64,000 nucleotides of DNA from Eledone cirrhosa (GCA_964016885.1 OZ024740.1:154566001-154630000); one strand, 5' to 3'; shown: positions 1 through 13,600, numbered from the stretch's first letter. Notes: a model not told the origin generated them from the sequence alone. Numbers and translations are program-made.

Positions 1-235
1 TGAAGGATAAGTATTAACCCTTAATTGTATTCTGAGTTAAGACTCTATTGGTTTTTTCCCTGGATTTCACAAAATCTGTGGATAAAATTTCTGTCTTGAC
101 TTTTTTTGAATTGAGATTGAATTATTTTCCCACATCTTACGTTAAATATTTTCCATCTTGACGTAATAGTAACTTAGATATTATGAAATACTGTTGGCTT
201 CTTGCTCACATTAATTTCTCTATTTTCATTTATAT
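1..235 (-). mobile_element. Degraded Tx1/L1 ORF1 relic, second copy of 30144-30380, cut by the window edge
   Basis: Aligns by eye to 30144-30380 (tgaaggat...ccctggatttcac...ttttcccacatcttacgttaa). That region encodes peptides resembling ORF1 of the Tx1 at 59637-60059. Confidence 0.45.
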
Positions 236-244
236 ATTTATATA

Positions 245-299
<55 letters not shown>

Positions 300-303
300 A
301 ATT

Positions 304-470
304 GTTTCTACTTTTGCCAGCAATTATTCCAGTACATTACTGGTACTTTATTTTATCAACCCCGTAAGGATGAAAGGCAAAGTTAACCTCGGCGGGATTT
401 CCACTCAGACCATAAAGGGCCGTAACTCTTTGCTGCAAAGCATGGAGTCCGACTCTCTACCGATACTGCC
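304..470 (-). mobile_element. tRNA-derived SINE, family S1
   Basis: Reverse complement of the S1 consensus (ggcagtatcggtagag...gcctttcatccttacggggtcgataaaataaagtaccag...gtagaaac). A partial second copy follows at 481-562. Confidence 0.85.
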
Positions 471-649
471 ATATATAATTGTTTCTACTATTGGCACAAG
501 GCCAGCAATTATCTCAGTGCATTACTGGTACTTTATTTTATCGACCCGTAAGGATGAAAGGCATATATAATGTCTGGTAAACACCATACGTCAAAGCTGC
601 TGGTTAGCTTAGTCTCTCTCTCACTCTTTCTTTCTCTCTCTCTGTATAA

Positions 650-682
<33 letters not shown>

Positions 683-746
683 CATGTGTGTTCGCACGCG
701 TGTTGTACCCTCACTTCTTCCTGTCTTCCTGACGTTATCACATTTG

Positions 747-915
747 ATGAAAGGCAAAGTTAACCTCGACGGGATTTGAACTCAGTTACGTCTCTTTACG
801 GTCTGAGTTCAAATTCCGTCGAGGTTAACTTTGCCTTTCATCCTTACGGGGTCGATAAAATTAAGTACCAGTAATGTACTGGGTAATTGATGGCCTTGTG
901 CCAAAAGTAGGAACA
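747..915. mobile_element. Two head-to-head S1 SINE fragments forming a hairpin
   Basis: 747-785 (minus) is nearly complementary to 803-842 (plus). The plus copy continues to the S1 3' end ggccttgtgccaaaagtaggaac. Confidence 0.8.
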
Positions 916-929
916 ATTATCACATTTGT

Positions 930-1740
930 TGTTGTATGATCCGAATGGACAGAATGTCGAATGCGTGATCTTGATAGATGGCGTGGTTGATGCGCTGAAA
1001 GGGCCAGTTTAACTCACGGGATCGTTCTTGCGAATGACCATCCCCATTCCGATCGCATTAATTAGGGAGGTGCCTGGGGAATCTGGATGCCAGATGTTGC
1101 CACTGATCTGGGTTTGATAAGAAATTTATTGGAAGTGGTAGGTTCCAGATTTTCAACCTGTTGGATAACGGTGCCTGAATCGGACTCCGATTTCACCAGG
1201 TTGCCGCTAGAGATAGTATCTTTACAGGTCACGTTTCGGATAAGGGGCTTACCAACTCGAAACGAGCAGATTATGAAGCCGCCCTGCCTTTTGATACCTC
1301 ATCTGTCTAACTTCTCCGATTCCACCTGCGATGGGTAGTAAGCTCTATCCAAGCTACGTTTCACGATTGCATTAAAAGCAGCATGTAGTGTGAGGCTGTC
1401 GATAATATGGCGGTATGGCAATGGGCGGAGTTCAATGTTGTTGAATGTAGAACTGTGATGGTATTTACATTGCTCGAAGATTCGGAGATCAAACCTAAAA
1501 GAATCGCTAATGCAGAGACAGTCGTTGTCTAACGGGGTACAAGTTAACTACAAGCGCCGCTGCGGAGCTGAACGAGCAGGAGTATTCAATGGTGTTGGAC
1601 AAATGAAACGACCGCAGGATGTTAGCCAAATTTGGCCCTAATTTGTGGAAAGTTCTGTGGTGCATAGCATTCTCACACGGCTATTAAGATAGCAGTGACA
1701 CGATCACAATTAAACACTCATAACGTGAATTCTATGTTTA
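930..1740 (+). pseudogene. Possible decayed LTR-retrotransposon gag/aspartic protease relic
   Basis: GC-richer island with no long ORF. Frame fragments NLLDNGA* (about 1155-1178, like the D[ST]GA protease motif) and GVQVNYKRRC (about 1534-1563). Confidence 0.3.
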
Positions 1741-1746
1741 TTGTAC

Positions 1747-1829
<83 letters not shown>

Positions 1830-1898
1830 AAAAAGAGATGAAATCGAAAATGCAACTGGAGTCTTATTTTTTGTTTAAATATATATATTTATTTGGTT

Positions 1899-1936
1899 CC
1901 TTTACAGGTTTCGCAGTTCTTCTGCTTTTCAAAAGG
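1899..1936 (-). ncRNA. Minimal hammerhead ribozyme motif in the inverted pLTR (variant core)
   Basis: Minus strand reads CCTT TTGAAAA GCAG-aagaa-CTGC GAAA CCTG TA AAGG. Confidence 0.65.
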
Positions 1937-2246
1937 TGAGTTGAGATGGAGGGTCTGTGGTTTTTCTCACATCTGGTTGGTCTCTGAATGTTACTTGTTT
2001 TATATGGAAAAAGTGGCTTGAAATGCCAGGTTTTTCGAGAAGTAATTTGATTGGTTTGTCAATACTTATAATAAATTTAAACATGTCAACAACGACACTA
2101 TTATTGTGTCTTTCGATGTAGTGAATCTCTACACAACGATCCCACACCAATACGGACTAGGAGCAATAGGATTCTGGCTATAGAAATATCCCAATGAGAT
2201 ACCTGACAGAATAGAAAAAAGCTTCATCAGCGAGGGATTAAAATTC

Positions 2247-3110
2247 ATGTTACAGAACAACTTTTTTGATTTCGATGGCAATACTTACAAGCAAATATCG
2301 GGGACTGCGATTGGTACAAAAGCCGCTCCAACTTATGCCAACTTAGTCATGGCATACTTAGAAGTCCAGATATATGAACAGTCCAAATCAAAATACGGAT
2401 TGAACTTCCACAAATATTTATCAGAGAATTGGAAACGCTACTTGGATGATTGCCTCATTCTTTGGTCCCACACACTCGACCAACTGAAGGATTTCAAAAA
2501 CTTAATAAACTGCATCAATAACCACATCCAATTCACAATGGAATACAGCCAAGATCAACTCCCATTTCTGGACATCTTAATCTTAAAAAAAGACACAAAT
2601 ATCGAAACTGACATACGCTACAAACCAACAGATTCCAAACAATATCTGCTATTCACCTCCAACCATCCAAAGTACACGAAGACGAACATTCCTTTTAACC
2701 TAGCAAGAAGAATTTGCACAATTGTCTCCAATTATGAAACGCGAAATAAAAGACTTCGAGAATTAAAGGAAATTCTACTCGAGAGAGAGTACCCACTATT
2801 ACTAATAAATAATGGAATAGAAAGGGCTAAAGCAATAGGCATTGATGAATTACGGAAACAGAAACAAATTCAAGGTACGTCCAATATTCTACCATATATC
2901 TCAACACACAACCCAAGAAATGCGGAAGCTTACAACAGTATTCACAAGAACATCCCACTACTAAAACAAAACCCAAGAATGAAAAAAGCCCTTGAAACAC
3001 AAAATAATCAAAAGCAAAAGACAACCAAAATCACTGAAAACATTACTCACCAATGCCAAATTACCTACCACAAACCCACAACCAAGTATCAAAAAATGTG
3101 GTCGCTCTAA
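2247..3110 (+). pseudogene. PLE reverse transcriptase (partial, frameshifted)
   Basis: Motifs YKQISGTAIGTKAAPTYANLVM, WKRYLDD, LPFLDI, YKPTDSKQYLLFTSNHP, all typical of PLE RT. Confidence 0.9.
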
Positions 3111-3462
3111 TTGTGGAACCTGCACTCACCTCATTGAAGGCAACACGTATACATTTAAATCAGGACAAAATTTTACTGTAAAAAATCACTTCACTTGCTC
3201 ATCAAAAAATCTAATTTATGCCATTAAATGTAAAGGATGCAATGAAGATTATATAGGACAAACTAAACTCACACTCAGAATGACAGTTCATCGCCAACAA
3301 TTACGAGATCCAACCACGAGACAGATACCACTAAGTGCACATCTAGACATTTGCGCAAGTAATAAGACACCCAAATTCCAAGTCTTCCCATTTTACCTTT
3401 GCGCTAACAATACAACAGAACAAATACGAATAAATAAGGAAAATGTTTATTCAAAAATATAG
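2992..3462 (+). pseudogene. PLE Zn-linker and GIY-YIG endonuclease
   Basis: CGRSNCGTC...FTCSSKNLIYAIKCKGC...YIGQT. The Cys cluster between RT and endonuclease is characteristic of Neptune-type PLEs. Confidence 0.88.
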
Positions 3463-4831
3463 ACCAGCATTAAATATGGTTTAATATACATTATGTCAAC
3501 ACCATAATATGACATACACACACACACACATAACACCTTCTACTTTAGAAAATAAAACCCGAACTAAATAAACCTTAACATACGTTTGCACTGACAATAC
3601 AACAGAACAAATACGAATAAGTAAGGAAAATATGTTCATTCAAAAATATTCCTACTAAAGGAATCATTTTCCTACACACACACACACACACAATATATAT
3701 ATATGTATTCTCTTCATCTTAACATGCTAACCATACTCCCACACACATAACACCCATACACACACATAACAACCCCCACACCCACAATTCCCTCCCCCAT
3801 TTCTACTAATAGAACCACTTTCCTACACACATATATACACACACACAAAATATATATTCTCTCCATCTTAACATACTCGCACACACACACATAACACCCA
3901 TATACACACACACACTACTCCCTCCCCCATTTCTACTAATAGAATCATCTTCCAATACACACACACACACACAAGCACACAAATAAACATACATATCTTT
4001 ACTTCAATAGAAAATCTGAACTCTGACACCCCAGCGAACTAACCATATTCACTGAACCAGAACAATTCTCCCAATCCCATTTCTCTTGACCACTATCTTT
4101 CCCTTGTCATAACATTCTCTATAAAGGCTACAGAATAAATTTCCAAATAAGGGCGCAAAAATGTAATGAAAACTTGTTCACGTGACAGCCAAATTTCATT
4201 TATAACCAATCAAATCACGTTTATTAAAAAAAAGCCTTCGTGAGCCACCTTTTTTTAAGTAAAGAAATTCAAACACACACACACACAACACACACACGCA
4301 CACACACAAGCACACAAATAAACATACATATCTTTACTTTCTTTATTCAATAGAAAATCTGAATTCTGACACCCCAGCGAACTAACCATATTCACTGAAC
4401 CAGAACAATTCTCCCATCCCTTTCTCTTGACCATTATCTTTCACTTATCATAAAATTCTCTAAAAAGGCTACAGAATGGATTTCCAAATAAGGGCACTAA
4501 AATTTAATGAAAACTTGTTCATGTGACAGCCATAATTTCATTTATAACCAACCAAAAAAAAGCCTTCGTGAGCCCCTTTTTTCAAGTAAAAAGAAATTCA
4601 AACACTCATATATGAAAAAACAACCTGTGACAACCCCCCCCCCCCCCTCCCCTCTTATTTGAAGAACTATTGTAACGCGAACTGGCGCGAAATTTATTAT
4701 AATTATTGACAAACCAATCAAATTACTTCTCGAAAAACCTGGCATTTCGAGCCACTTTTTCCATATAAAACAAGTAACATTCAGAGACCAACCAGATGTG
4801 AGAAAAACCACAGACCCTCCATCTCAACTCA

Positions 4832-4869
4832 CCTTTTGAAAAGCAGAAGAACTGCGAAACCGGTAAAGG
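4832..4869 (+). ncRNA. Minimal hammerhead ribozyme motif in the PLE pLTR (UUGAAAA core variant)
   Basis: Helix I CCTT/AAGG, helix II GCAG/CTGC, then GAAA and a palindromic helix III ACCGGT. Confidence 0.7.
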
Positions 4870-5000
4870 AACCAAATAAATATATATATTTTTTTTTTAA
4901 ATAAGACTCCAGTTGCATTTTCGATTTCATCTCTTTTTCTTTATACTTTCACTCGTGTAGGACACCTCGGTAATTTTTCATTTTGTAAAAAAAACCTCAC

Positions 5001-5040
<40 letters not shown>

Positions 5041-5391
5041 GCTGGTAACATGTGATGGGGGAGGAGAGGAGGGGGGAATGTGTGTGTAGTATTATGTAAT
5101 ATATATAATATATATATTATATATATATTATATATATAATGTGTGTGTATGTGAGTATACTGTTATATATACATATATAATGTGTGTGTGTGTGTGTGTG
5201 TATTTATTGTGTTATTAGTGGAACTATTATAAAGTCCTAAAACTGAACGAAAAAACAAAACAAAGATGATATTTGTAAAACTTTCCTACTTTGTTGATTA
5301 CAAGTTTAATGAATTAGTACCGTGTTTGTAATTTGTATTGCATAATGAATTAAATTAATTTACTAATTGGCGCACTGGTGGCGCACATGTT

Positions 5392-5460
<69 letters not shown>

Positions 5461-5475
5461 CATATGTATATATAT

Positions 5476-5516
<41 letters not shown>

Positions 5517-5608
5517 AAGGATACGATTCAAAAAGCCAGTTCGGAACCACTTTAGTATATATATATGTATGTGTGTGTGCGTGTGTTTTATTGTGTATAT
5601 ATATATAT

Positions 5609-5640
<32 letters not shown>

Positions 5641-5667
5641 GTATATATATATGTATGTATATATATA

Positions 5668-5963
5668 TGATGAAAAACTCAGAGCTGTATGGGAGCATCC
5701 CAAAAGTCAGCTCAAAAGTGACACAGAGGAGACTGAGGTTGGCTGGACATGCTCACCGACATCCAGAGTTGACATTGCACTCAGTGCTCCTTTGGGAGCC
5801 CCTACATGGACACACTAGAAGAGGAAGACCAAGGTTAACATATGTTGATGCCCTAAGGACAGACACTGGTCTGTTGGAGATGCAGGATATGGCAGCGATA
5901 ATGAGGGACAGAGACCGCTGGAGAGAACTCGTCCATGGATCTCGGGAATTTTACCCACCTTAG
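5668..5963 (+). mobile_element. 5'-truncated 3' end of the RTE family at 10095-13370
   Basis: Almost identical to 13079-13370 ([11 protein letters not shown]...REFYPP*). Preceded by (TA)n. Confidence 0.92.
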
Positions 5964-6130
5964 ATAGATATATATGTATATAGATTTTGAGTTTATGTTG
6001 GTTGTATACCAACACCTTAGTATGCAGGCTGGAGCACTCGACGAAGTGCGCAGGTTGGTTTGGTTACTCCGGAGTAGTGTAAAATAAAGTTAAATAAAAG
6101 TCAAATGATTAAAATTTAGCTTCGTTTATT

Positions 6131-6185
6131 ACTGCTATATATATTTCAGTGACAGCCATCTTTGGCTGTGACCTCTTCAGGCAGT
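6131..6185 (-). ncRNA. Type I hammerhead ribozyme
   Basis: ACTGC CTGAAGA GGTCACAGCCA-aaga-TGGCTGTCACT GAAA TATATA TA GCAGT. Confidence 0.82.
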
Positions 6186-6329
6186 TTGAATTAGTATGGT
6201 ATAGACAAGTACATATGTTGTTTAGATGTATAATATTGTCAATACTCTGATATGCCCAGTTCCTTGTTGGGTTGTTAATTCACTGAGGAACTGGAGTCAT
6301 ATGTACTTGTCTATACCATACTAATTCAA

Positions 6330-6384
6330 ACTGCCTGAAGAGGTCACAGCCAAAGATGGCTGTCACTGAAATATATATAGCAGT
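6330..6384 (+). ncRNA. Type I hammerhead ribozyme (inverted copy)
   Basis: Same motif as 6131-6185, on the plus strand. Confidence 0.82.
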
Positions 6385-6434
6385 AATAAACGAAGCTAAA
6401 TTTTAATCATTTGACTTTTATTTAACTTTATTTT

Positions 6435-6562
<128 letters not shown>

Positions 6563-6563
6563 G

Positions 6564-6661
<98 letters not shown>

Positions 6662-6694
6662 GACATATACACATATATATATAGACATACACAC

Positions 6695-6783
6695 ATATAT
6701 ATAGACATAGAATGTGTGTTTAAAATACTATAGTAGTTTGCATATAAAATGTAAACATATATACATATTTACGTTTATATGTG

Positions 6784-6872
<89 letters not shown>

Positions 6873-7025
6873 AAACATATTTATATATTTACGCTTATAT
6901 ATGAATGTATATATATATATATATATAATATATACATATATAAACGTAAATATGTAAATATGTTTACATTTTTATATGCAAACTACTATAGTATTTTAAA
7001 CACACATTCTATGTCTATATATATA
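6695..7025. repeat. Inverted repeat (~95-bp arms) around (TA)n/(TG)n
   Basis: atagacatagaatgtgtgtttaaaatactatagtagtttgcatataaaa at about 6701 is complementary to about 6930-7020. Confidence 0.8.
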
Positions 7026-7464
7026 TGTGTGTATGTGTGTGTGTGAGTGTGTGTGTGTGTGTTTCTATATTCATGCATGTTTCTTTATTACGTATTTGTA
7101 TATGTGAATTATTCCTATAAAAAAGTGTGATTTCTGATAAAGATAGGCAAACAAACTTCCATTGCTGGAATTTTTATAACAATAACAGGAAAAAGTTCCG
7201 CGTTGGGCTGTAGAAAAGTATATGTGTATTGTTCTGCTTATGGATTCAATTTACATTTATGTGTTAAATTATTTCGACATTTTAGACTATTACGTAAATG
7301 GTTAGTAACAAATAAAATACGCCAATGATGAATGAGCTAAAATGTATCTTTATAATGTAGGAAGAGCATCTGTAGATTTCGAAGCTGTTGATCATTATCA
7401 TCATCGTTTTTTACTAGCTGTGGAATGACTGCTGACCTCCACAATAATACATAAGCAGGTCTGT

Positions 7465-7616
7465 CAGTACTGGATTTAAGACAAATGAGGCCCTCTGCTA
7501 GTTAAGTTATGAGGCCCCAAACATTTAAAAAATTCATCGCAAAAAAGGTTATTTGGCAGGGGTCCTGTGCAACGGGGTCCTGTGCATACCTAAGCACAAT
7601 ACTAAATCCGGCACTA
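7465..7616. mobile_element. hAT-type MITE
   Basis: Imperfect TIRs cagtactggattta / taaatccggcacta. Perfect 8-bp TSD aggtctgt at 7457-7464 and 7617-7624. Confidence 0.8.
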
Positions 7617-7729
7617 AGGTCTGTTGTATTAGCGATTAGTGAAAGATTTTATGTGAAAGTTCTCCCCGTATTGATTTCTAATTTGAGTACAAGATTAGCT
7701 AATTTAGGGGAAGGACACAATTGATTAAA

Positions 7730-7850
7730 TCAACCTCCCAGTATTTGTCTGGTACTTTATTTTATCGACTCTGAAAGGATGAAAAGTAAAATTGATTCTA
7801 GCAGTATTTTAACTCAGAATATAAAGAGCCAGGCCAAATGCTGCAATAAC
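7730..7850 (-). mobile_element. Old S1-related SINE fragment
   Basis: ctggtactttattttatcgactctgaaaggatgaaaagtaaa core. Confidence 0.65.
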
Positions 7851-8837
7851 ATTTTATCAACACTCTACAAATGCTGTCAATCTACAACCCTTCATGTTCT
7901 TTGAATATTTCCAGTGTCGACTTATCAATAGAAATATTTTGTATGTTTGTCTCATGGAAGTCTTTCCCACTGATGGCATTGTACTTTCTTTTAGCAACAT
8001 ACAAGTCATGTAACATACAACAGTAATATCTTGATGGCATTTTGTAGCAACTGGTAATCTCACGTATAATATCTTCTACAGACATGGAATATAACCAGTG
8101 TTTTTGGTCACTTCTGGAAGTTTAAGTGCTTCACAACGTCATTTGTTCAACAGGTATTTAGTAACTACCGCTTGTTTTAGTGGCATGATTTAAGGTTCTT
8201 GCGTCTAGGAAAGATTATACATACTGCCAATATTGGAGCCACTCTCAAGCACAGATAGACTGTTTTGAAATATTATTTTCGGAGGGATTTATAATGTCAG
8301 ACACTATGGTTTTTTATTTCAGTTACAAAGGTGAAGATGGGTGGCAACGCGAGGAAAGCAGGTATTTTTGCTAAATGCAGTTATTCTAGGAATTATGTGT
8401 TGAGAATAAATTCTAATTTTTTTTTTTTACTTCTTTTAACTGCCCACGGAGACACTGTTTCCAAGAGCCTGGTTAACATTTCTAAGGCATTTTCAGGGGC
8501 TTGTTCGATTAATAAAGTTTTGGTTCGTTAACAGTGTTTTGTTGCAATAATTTACTGTTCTACAAAACAATCTAACTAGCTGGCTATAAATCAATCTATT
8601 CGGTTTACTGAAGCCTTTAGTAATTGTGGATTCATAAGCAGTGTCTTCTTGGATAGTTGTAAAAGGGTACTCAGTCAATAACGAAATCCCAACACGTGAT
8701 TGAAACTAATCTACTGAACCCACTTTTCCTTCCTCGGTGATATTGTCATATTATCTATTTCATGCATTGTTGGCTAAAAACCTACAGATATATTCCGTAG
8801 TATAACGCTCGAGTGCCCACACATCAACTCACGTACA

Positions 8838-8907
<70 letters not shown>

Positions 8908-9049
8908 CATCCGTGCATCTTTAAATCTATCTATATCCATCCAGCAACTGACTCACATACTTACAATCCAACATGTCTGCCTGCTTTCATTTCTATTTTT
9001 CTGGGTTTTTTCTATGAATACCTTTAAGATATCGGCCTATGTATAGGAG

Positions 9050-9440
9050 AGAAGCTAGCCAGTCAAACTCACCCAATTATATTTTACATGACTGGTCTTT
9101 GAAGAATAATGAAAAATAATCACATTGGCAAGACAGCATCTTGAACAACCAAAGTTCTTTGGCAAAGGCACCATGCAGAGCATCTCGATCCTGTCAAAGA
9201 AAAATGATGCCATATGGGCGGGAAATATCGTTCTCTTACACCATAGGTGTCTTTTGAAGAAGGGAAAACATGTGAGACTCAACTGCACGGCACATTACAC
9301 CCAGAACAGTGCTACGTTGAAGACAACAGAAAGCTATTCGAAAAACTGATTCATAAGAAAAAAGTATTTTTCAAATATCTTGGTATTGATATTGGCCAAC
9401 CTCCTCCTGTGAGCAGCGAGCAGTAGAAGGCCGGTCTTTA
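9050..9440 (+). pseudogene. Ancient RTE-clade RT C-terminal relic
   Basis: Broken frames give WQDSILNN and MQSISILSKKNDAIWAGNIV, which resemble the RTE pattern W.D.I.N.EVL...RRLRW.GHV. Confidence 0.4.
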
Positions 9441-10059
9441 AATACAGGAATTAATATTTGTTTGTTACTGCTGTTGTTGCTGTTGTTGTTGCTTGTGTTG
9501 TTGCTAATGTTGTTGCTGTTGTTTTTGCAGTTGAGAAGCTAAGAAACAGAAGTACAAGAAAGGTCCTCAGTCACACATACCTATTTCAACTATACATGTG
9601 TGGGAATGGGAGCAGGAATTTTTTTGTATTAATTGACCTGGTTAGGGGTCGCTATGTGGTCGCGAGACGTACTAGACAGCAACCAAATCTCCCTCAAATA
9701 ACAATTTAAAAAAACTATGTTGAATAATGTGTCCCTTGGTTCCCTGCACATAGGGGCTAGATGCTTTTATTATGAGACCCCTCTGTCCTCAGCTAGAGCT
9801 CATCTGGAACTTAAAGCTTCACAAATCCATGCTACTAGTTTCGCGCTTCCGATATTCGGAGAAAAATGAGGCAAATGGAACACCAAGAAGATATTTAAAA
9901 CACATATCAAACGCTAATTGGATGAAACTTGAAAAACATCTTTGAAAAAAAAAAAAGGATATTGTTGGATATATCATATGCACTTGAAAGTAAATATAAA
10001 TATGTCGAAAAATGAATTAATAAAGTGGCGCGGGATCAGAGGACGAAGAGCAGAAAGAA

Positions 10060-10097
<38 letters not shown>

Positions 10098-10297
10098 CAT
10101 TAAACTACATCCAGTGGCAAGGCTCCAGTTCGGGAGTTCAGGAGATGTGGGGAATGTGGAGTTACCCCTTAGTTGTCATGACTCCCAGGTCTGCCCTGGC
10201 CCGGGGTGGTAGTACCTGTTAGGGCTCCATTTATGGGTTAAATAACTACCTTATTCGAGTGGCGCCGGTAAGGTATTGTCAGCCATTGAAAAGAAAT

Positions 10298-11689
10298 ATG
10301 GAGAGTCGATCTAACAGCACTAGGGTTAGAGCCCCTAATTACACTGTCAAGGAGCAGCCTGGTCGTTATGACTCTGCTGGCTTAGAGCCACAGAGAGGGC
10401 CAGTGGATGATGGATCAGCTGTCTCTGAGACAAATATAAAGAATGCAGTTTTGTCCTGCAGAAGAGCCATCAAAATGGGCACTTTGAATGTGAGGACTAT
10501 TCGAACGCTGGAGAAGAGAGAGGAGTTGGGACATCTGTTCGAGGAGAGTGGTATACAGATACTTGCGATCCAAGAACACAGGATTCTACACGATGAGCCC
10601 GTGAGGAGTGTGATGATCGGGAGGAAGAGCCAGCTCATCACTACATCGGCAGTGAAGAACACAACAAATGCTGCAGTAGCAGGAGTGGGTTTTGTGTTCA
10701 GTGCAAAAACCAATCTGTTGGTGAGGGAAATAATGCCTATCTCCCCGCGAGTGTTGAGGGTGACCTTCAATGGAAACCCAAGACTGACAGTCATCTCAGC
10801 CTATAGTCCAACCGAGGGGGACAGTGATGTGAATGCCGAGGAGTTCCATGAGGAGGTGTGTAGAGCTGTCAACACCACTCAGGCACACAATATCCTGCAT
10901 GTTTTGGGGGACTTCAATGCACATCTGAGTAAGGAGGGCAGTGAAGATCCTTGCTGGTACTTCCATAACAACACCAACCGAAATGGAAGACTACTGAGAG
11001 ACACCCTGCTGGAGGCGAACTTGATGGCGACCAACCTAGGGTTTAGGAAGAATCTGGGGAAGATGTGGACCTACATCTCAGATATGCACCTGTCCAAGTC
11101 CCAGATTGATTTCATTCTGGTGAGGAAAAAGTGGCGGAATATTGTTCTGAACACGGAACCATACAGCTATTTCAGTACACTGGGTAGTGACCACCGGCTT
11201 GTTATGAGTGAGGTCCGCGTGAGCTTAAGAAAGAGCAAGGCTCAGCCCCGGAGAACAATCTATGACTGGGGAGCTTTCAAGGAAGATGATAAGCTACAGG
11301 AGAGGTTCACAGTGGAAGTGAGAAACAGGTTTAGTGCTCTGTGTGGAGAGTCAGTGGAGAGAGAGATTGGGTGGACTGAGGAGAGTGTGACGAGGAGGTA
11401 CGGGCACTTCACCAATGCAGTGGCGAAAGCAAGTGAAACCCTGGTGCCGAGGAAAAAGAACAAAGGGAAGCACGTCAGCTCTGCAAACCCAAAAGTGTGT
11501 GCAGCCAGAGAACACCTGAAAGCTGCCAGGGACCAATTCTATGCTGATCCTACGGAGGAGAGGATGGAGACTGTGGAGGTGATGAGGGAAGAGCTCTGTA
11601 CCGCTTACACTGAGGTCAGAGAGGAGGCACTGATATCAGAAGTGTGGAGAGAGCGGTTGACAGATCTGGATGTAAGGAGAGCTGGATGA
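10298..11689 (+). pseudogene. APE endonuclease part of the RTE ORF
   Basis: GTLNVRT, LAIQEHR, SAYSPT, GDFNA, QIDFIL, SDHR. Confidence 0.92.
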
Positions 11690-13367
11690 TCATCAACGAG
11701 ATCACAGGGAGGAAGAAAAGGTGTTCGAGTCAGATCCAGGGAACGGGGCCCGAGGATAGGAAGAGGAAATGGCTAGACCATTTTAGGACCCTACTAGGAG
11801 AGCCACCCTCCACAGCCCAGAGCACTGGGGAGATCAGGCGGCTGTTTGAGGAACCGGATGTTGAGACAGAGTCCTTCACCAGAGAGGAGCTTCAGAGAGC
11901 CAAGAAGAAGATCAAGGAGGGCAAGGCTCATGGAGAAGATGGAGTGGCATCAGAGGTGATGAAGAGGTGTGATTTTGATGATATCATCCTGGGGTTCTGT
12001 AACGGGGTACTGGAGAAAGGAGTTGCCCCGAATCAGTGGAGGATCAGTAACATCGTCCCTGTGACAAAGAAGGGAGATCTCTCTAACACCAACAACTACA
12101 GGGGGATCTCACTGACGTCACTTGTGGCAAAGACCCTCAACAGGATGATTCTTAACAGGATCCAGCCTGAGATGGAGAAGAAGCTCAGGGACAACCAGAA
12201 CGGCTTCAGAAAGGGTAGATCAACCACCAGTCACATCCTGATGCTGAGGAGGATATTAGAGGGAGCTAGAGCAAAGTGCCTTCCTGCGGTCATGGTTTTC
12301 ATTGACTTTAGGAAGGCCTTTGATTCTGTGGACCGTTACTGACTGATGAAGATCTTACAGGCTTATGGAATCCCCAAGAGGATAGTGGACCTGATATCAC
12401 TGCTCTACACCAACACCAAAGCCCAAGTCATTACACCTGATGGGATGACAGAGTTCTTTGAGATACTGGCTGGAGTGCTCCAGGGAGATACATTGGCTCC
12501 CTACCTTTTTATCATCGTAGTGGACTATTGTATGCGCCTTGCACTGGAGAAACACCAGGACACTGGCTTTACTGTAGCACCGGCTCAGAGCAGGAGAGTT
12601 GGGGCGAAAAAGGTATCGGATGCTGAATTTGCCGACGACATAGTTTTGGTGACAAATACAGTGAAGGAGGCAGAGGATTTGATGCGGGAGGTTGAGACTG
12701 TGTCGATGAGTGTGGGGCTGAGAATGAATGAGACTAAAACAAAATATCTGGTAGAGAATGTTGAGAAGCCAGAGGTGATCACTAATGTAGGCGGGAAGCC
12801 ACTGGAATTGGTTGAGGACTTCCTGTATTTGGGAGCAAAGATTGGGAATACGGAAGATGATGTGGTTGAGAGGAAGAGCAAGGCCTGGGCGGCGTGTCAC
12901 AGCTTGAGATCGGTGTGGAAGTCGGACCTTCGTAGAGACCTGAAAATCCGCCTCTTCATTGCTGTAGTGGAGTCTCTGCTGCTGTATGGGTCTGAGACTT
13001 GGACACTGACCAAGAGACTCACTCAGATGGTGGATGGGTGCTGAGGATGGCTCTGAACATTAATCAGTATACACTGAGGATGAAAAACTCAGAGCTGTAT
13101 GGGAGCATCCCAAAAGTCAGCTCAAAAGTGACACAGAGGAGACTGAGGTTGGCTGGACATGCTCACCGACATCCAGAGTTGACATTGCACTCAGTGCTCC
13201 TTTGGGAGCCCCTACATGGACACACTAGAAGAGGAAGACCAAGGTTAACATATGTTGATGCCCTAAGGACAGACACTGGTCTGTTGGAGATGCAGGATAT
13301 GGCAGCGATAATGAGGGACAGAGACCGCTGGAGAGAACTCGTCCATGGATCTCGGGAATTTTACCCG

Positions 13368-13370
<3 letters not shown>
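11644..13370 (+). pseudogene. Reverse transcriptase part of the RTE ORF
   Basis: [63 protein letters not shown]. Confidence 0.92.
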
Positions 13371-13405
<35 letters not shown>

Positions 13406-13413
<8 letters not shown>

Positions 13414-13580
13414 GTGAGGTTTTTTTGCAAAATGAAAAATAACCGAGGTGTCCTACACGAGTGAAAGTATAAAGAAAAAAATCGAAAATGCAACTGGAGT
13501 CTTATTTTTAAAAAAATATATATATATTTTTTAAAAAATAAGACTCCAGTTGCATTTTCGATTTCATCTTTTTTTCTTTA
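13406..13580. mobile_element. Tiny fold-back remnant of the pLTR end of the PLE at 1826-5008
   Basis: 13406-13510 is the reverse complement of about 4900-5008, then folds back (ataagactccagttgcattttcgatt). Lies in (TA)n. Confidence 0.85.
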
Positions 13581-13600
13581 TATATATATATACATATATA

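Larger units (their letters stand above)
1826..5008 (+). mobile_element. Penelope-like element (Neptune-type), 5'-truncated, with inverted 5' pseudo-LTR, inserted in (TA)n
   Basis: RT and GIY-YIG ORF fragments. 1826-2078 is the reverse complement of 4690-4942. (TA)n on both sides. The 3' UTR has tandem duplications (3960-4290 vs 4300-4610). Confidence 0.92.
10095..13370 (+). mobile_element. Near full-length RTE-clade LINE (RTE-X-like) inserted in (TA)n
   Basis: Single APE-RT ORF broken by 2 frameshifts and 1 stop. (TA)n on both sides. Confidence 0.93.
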
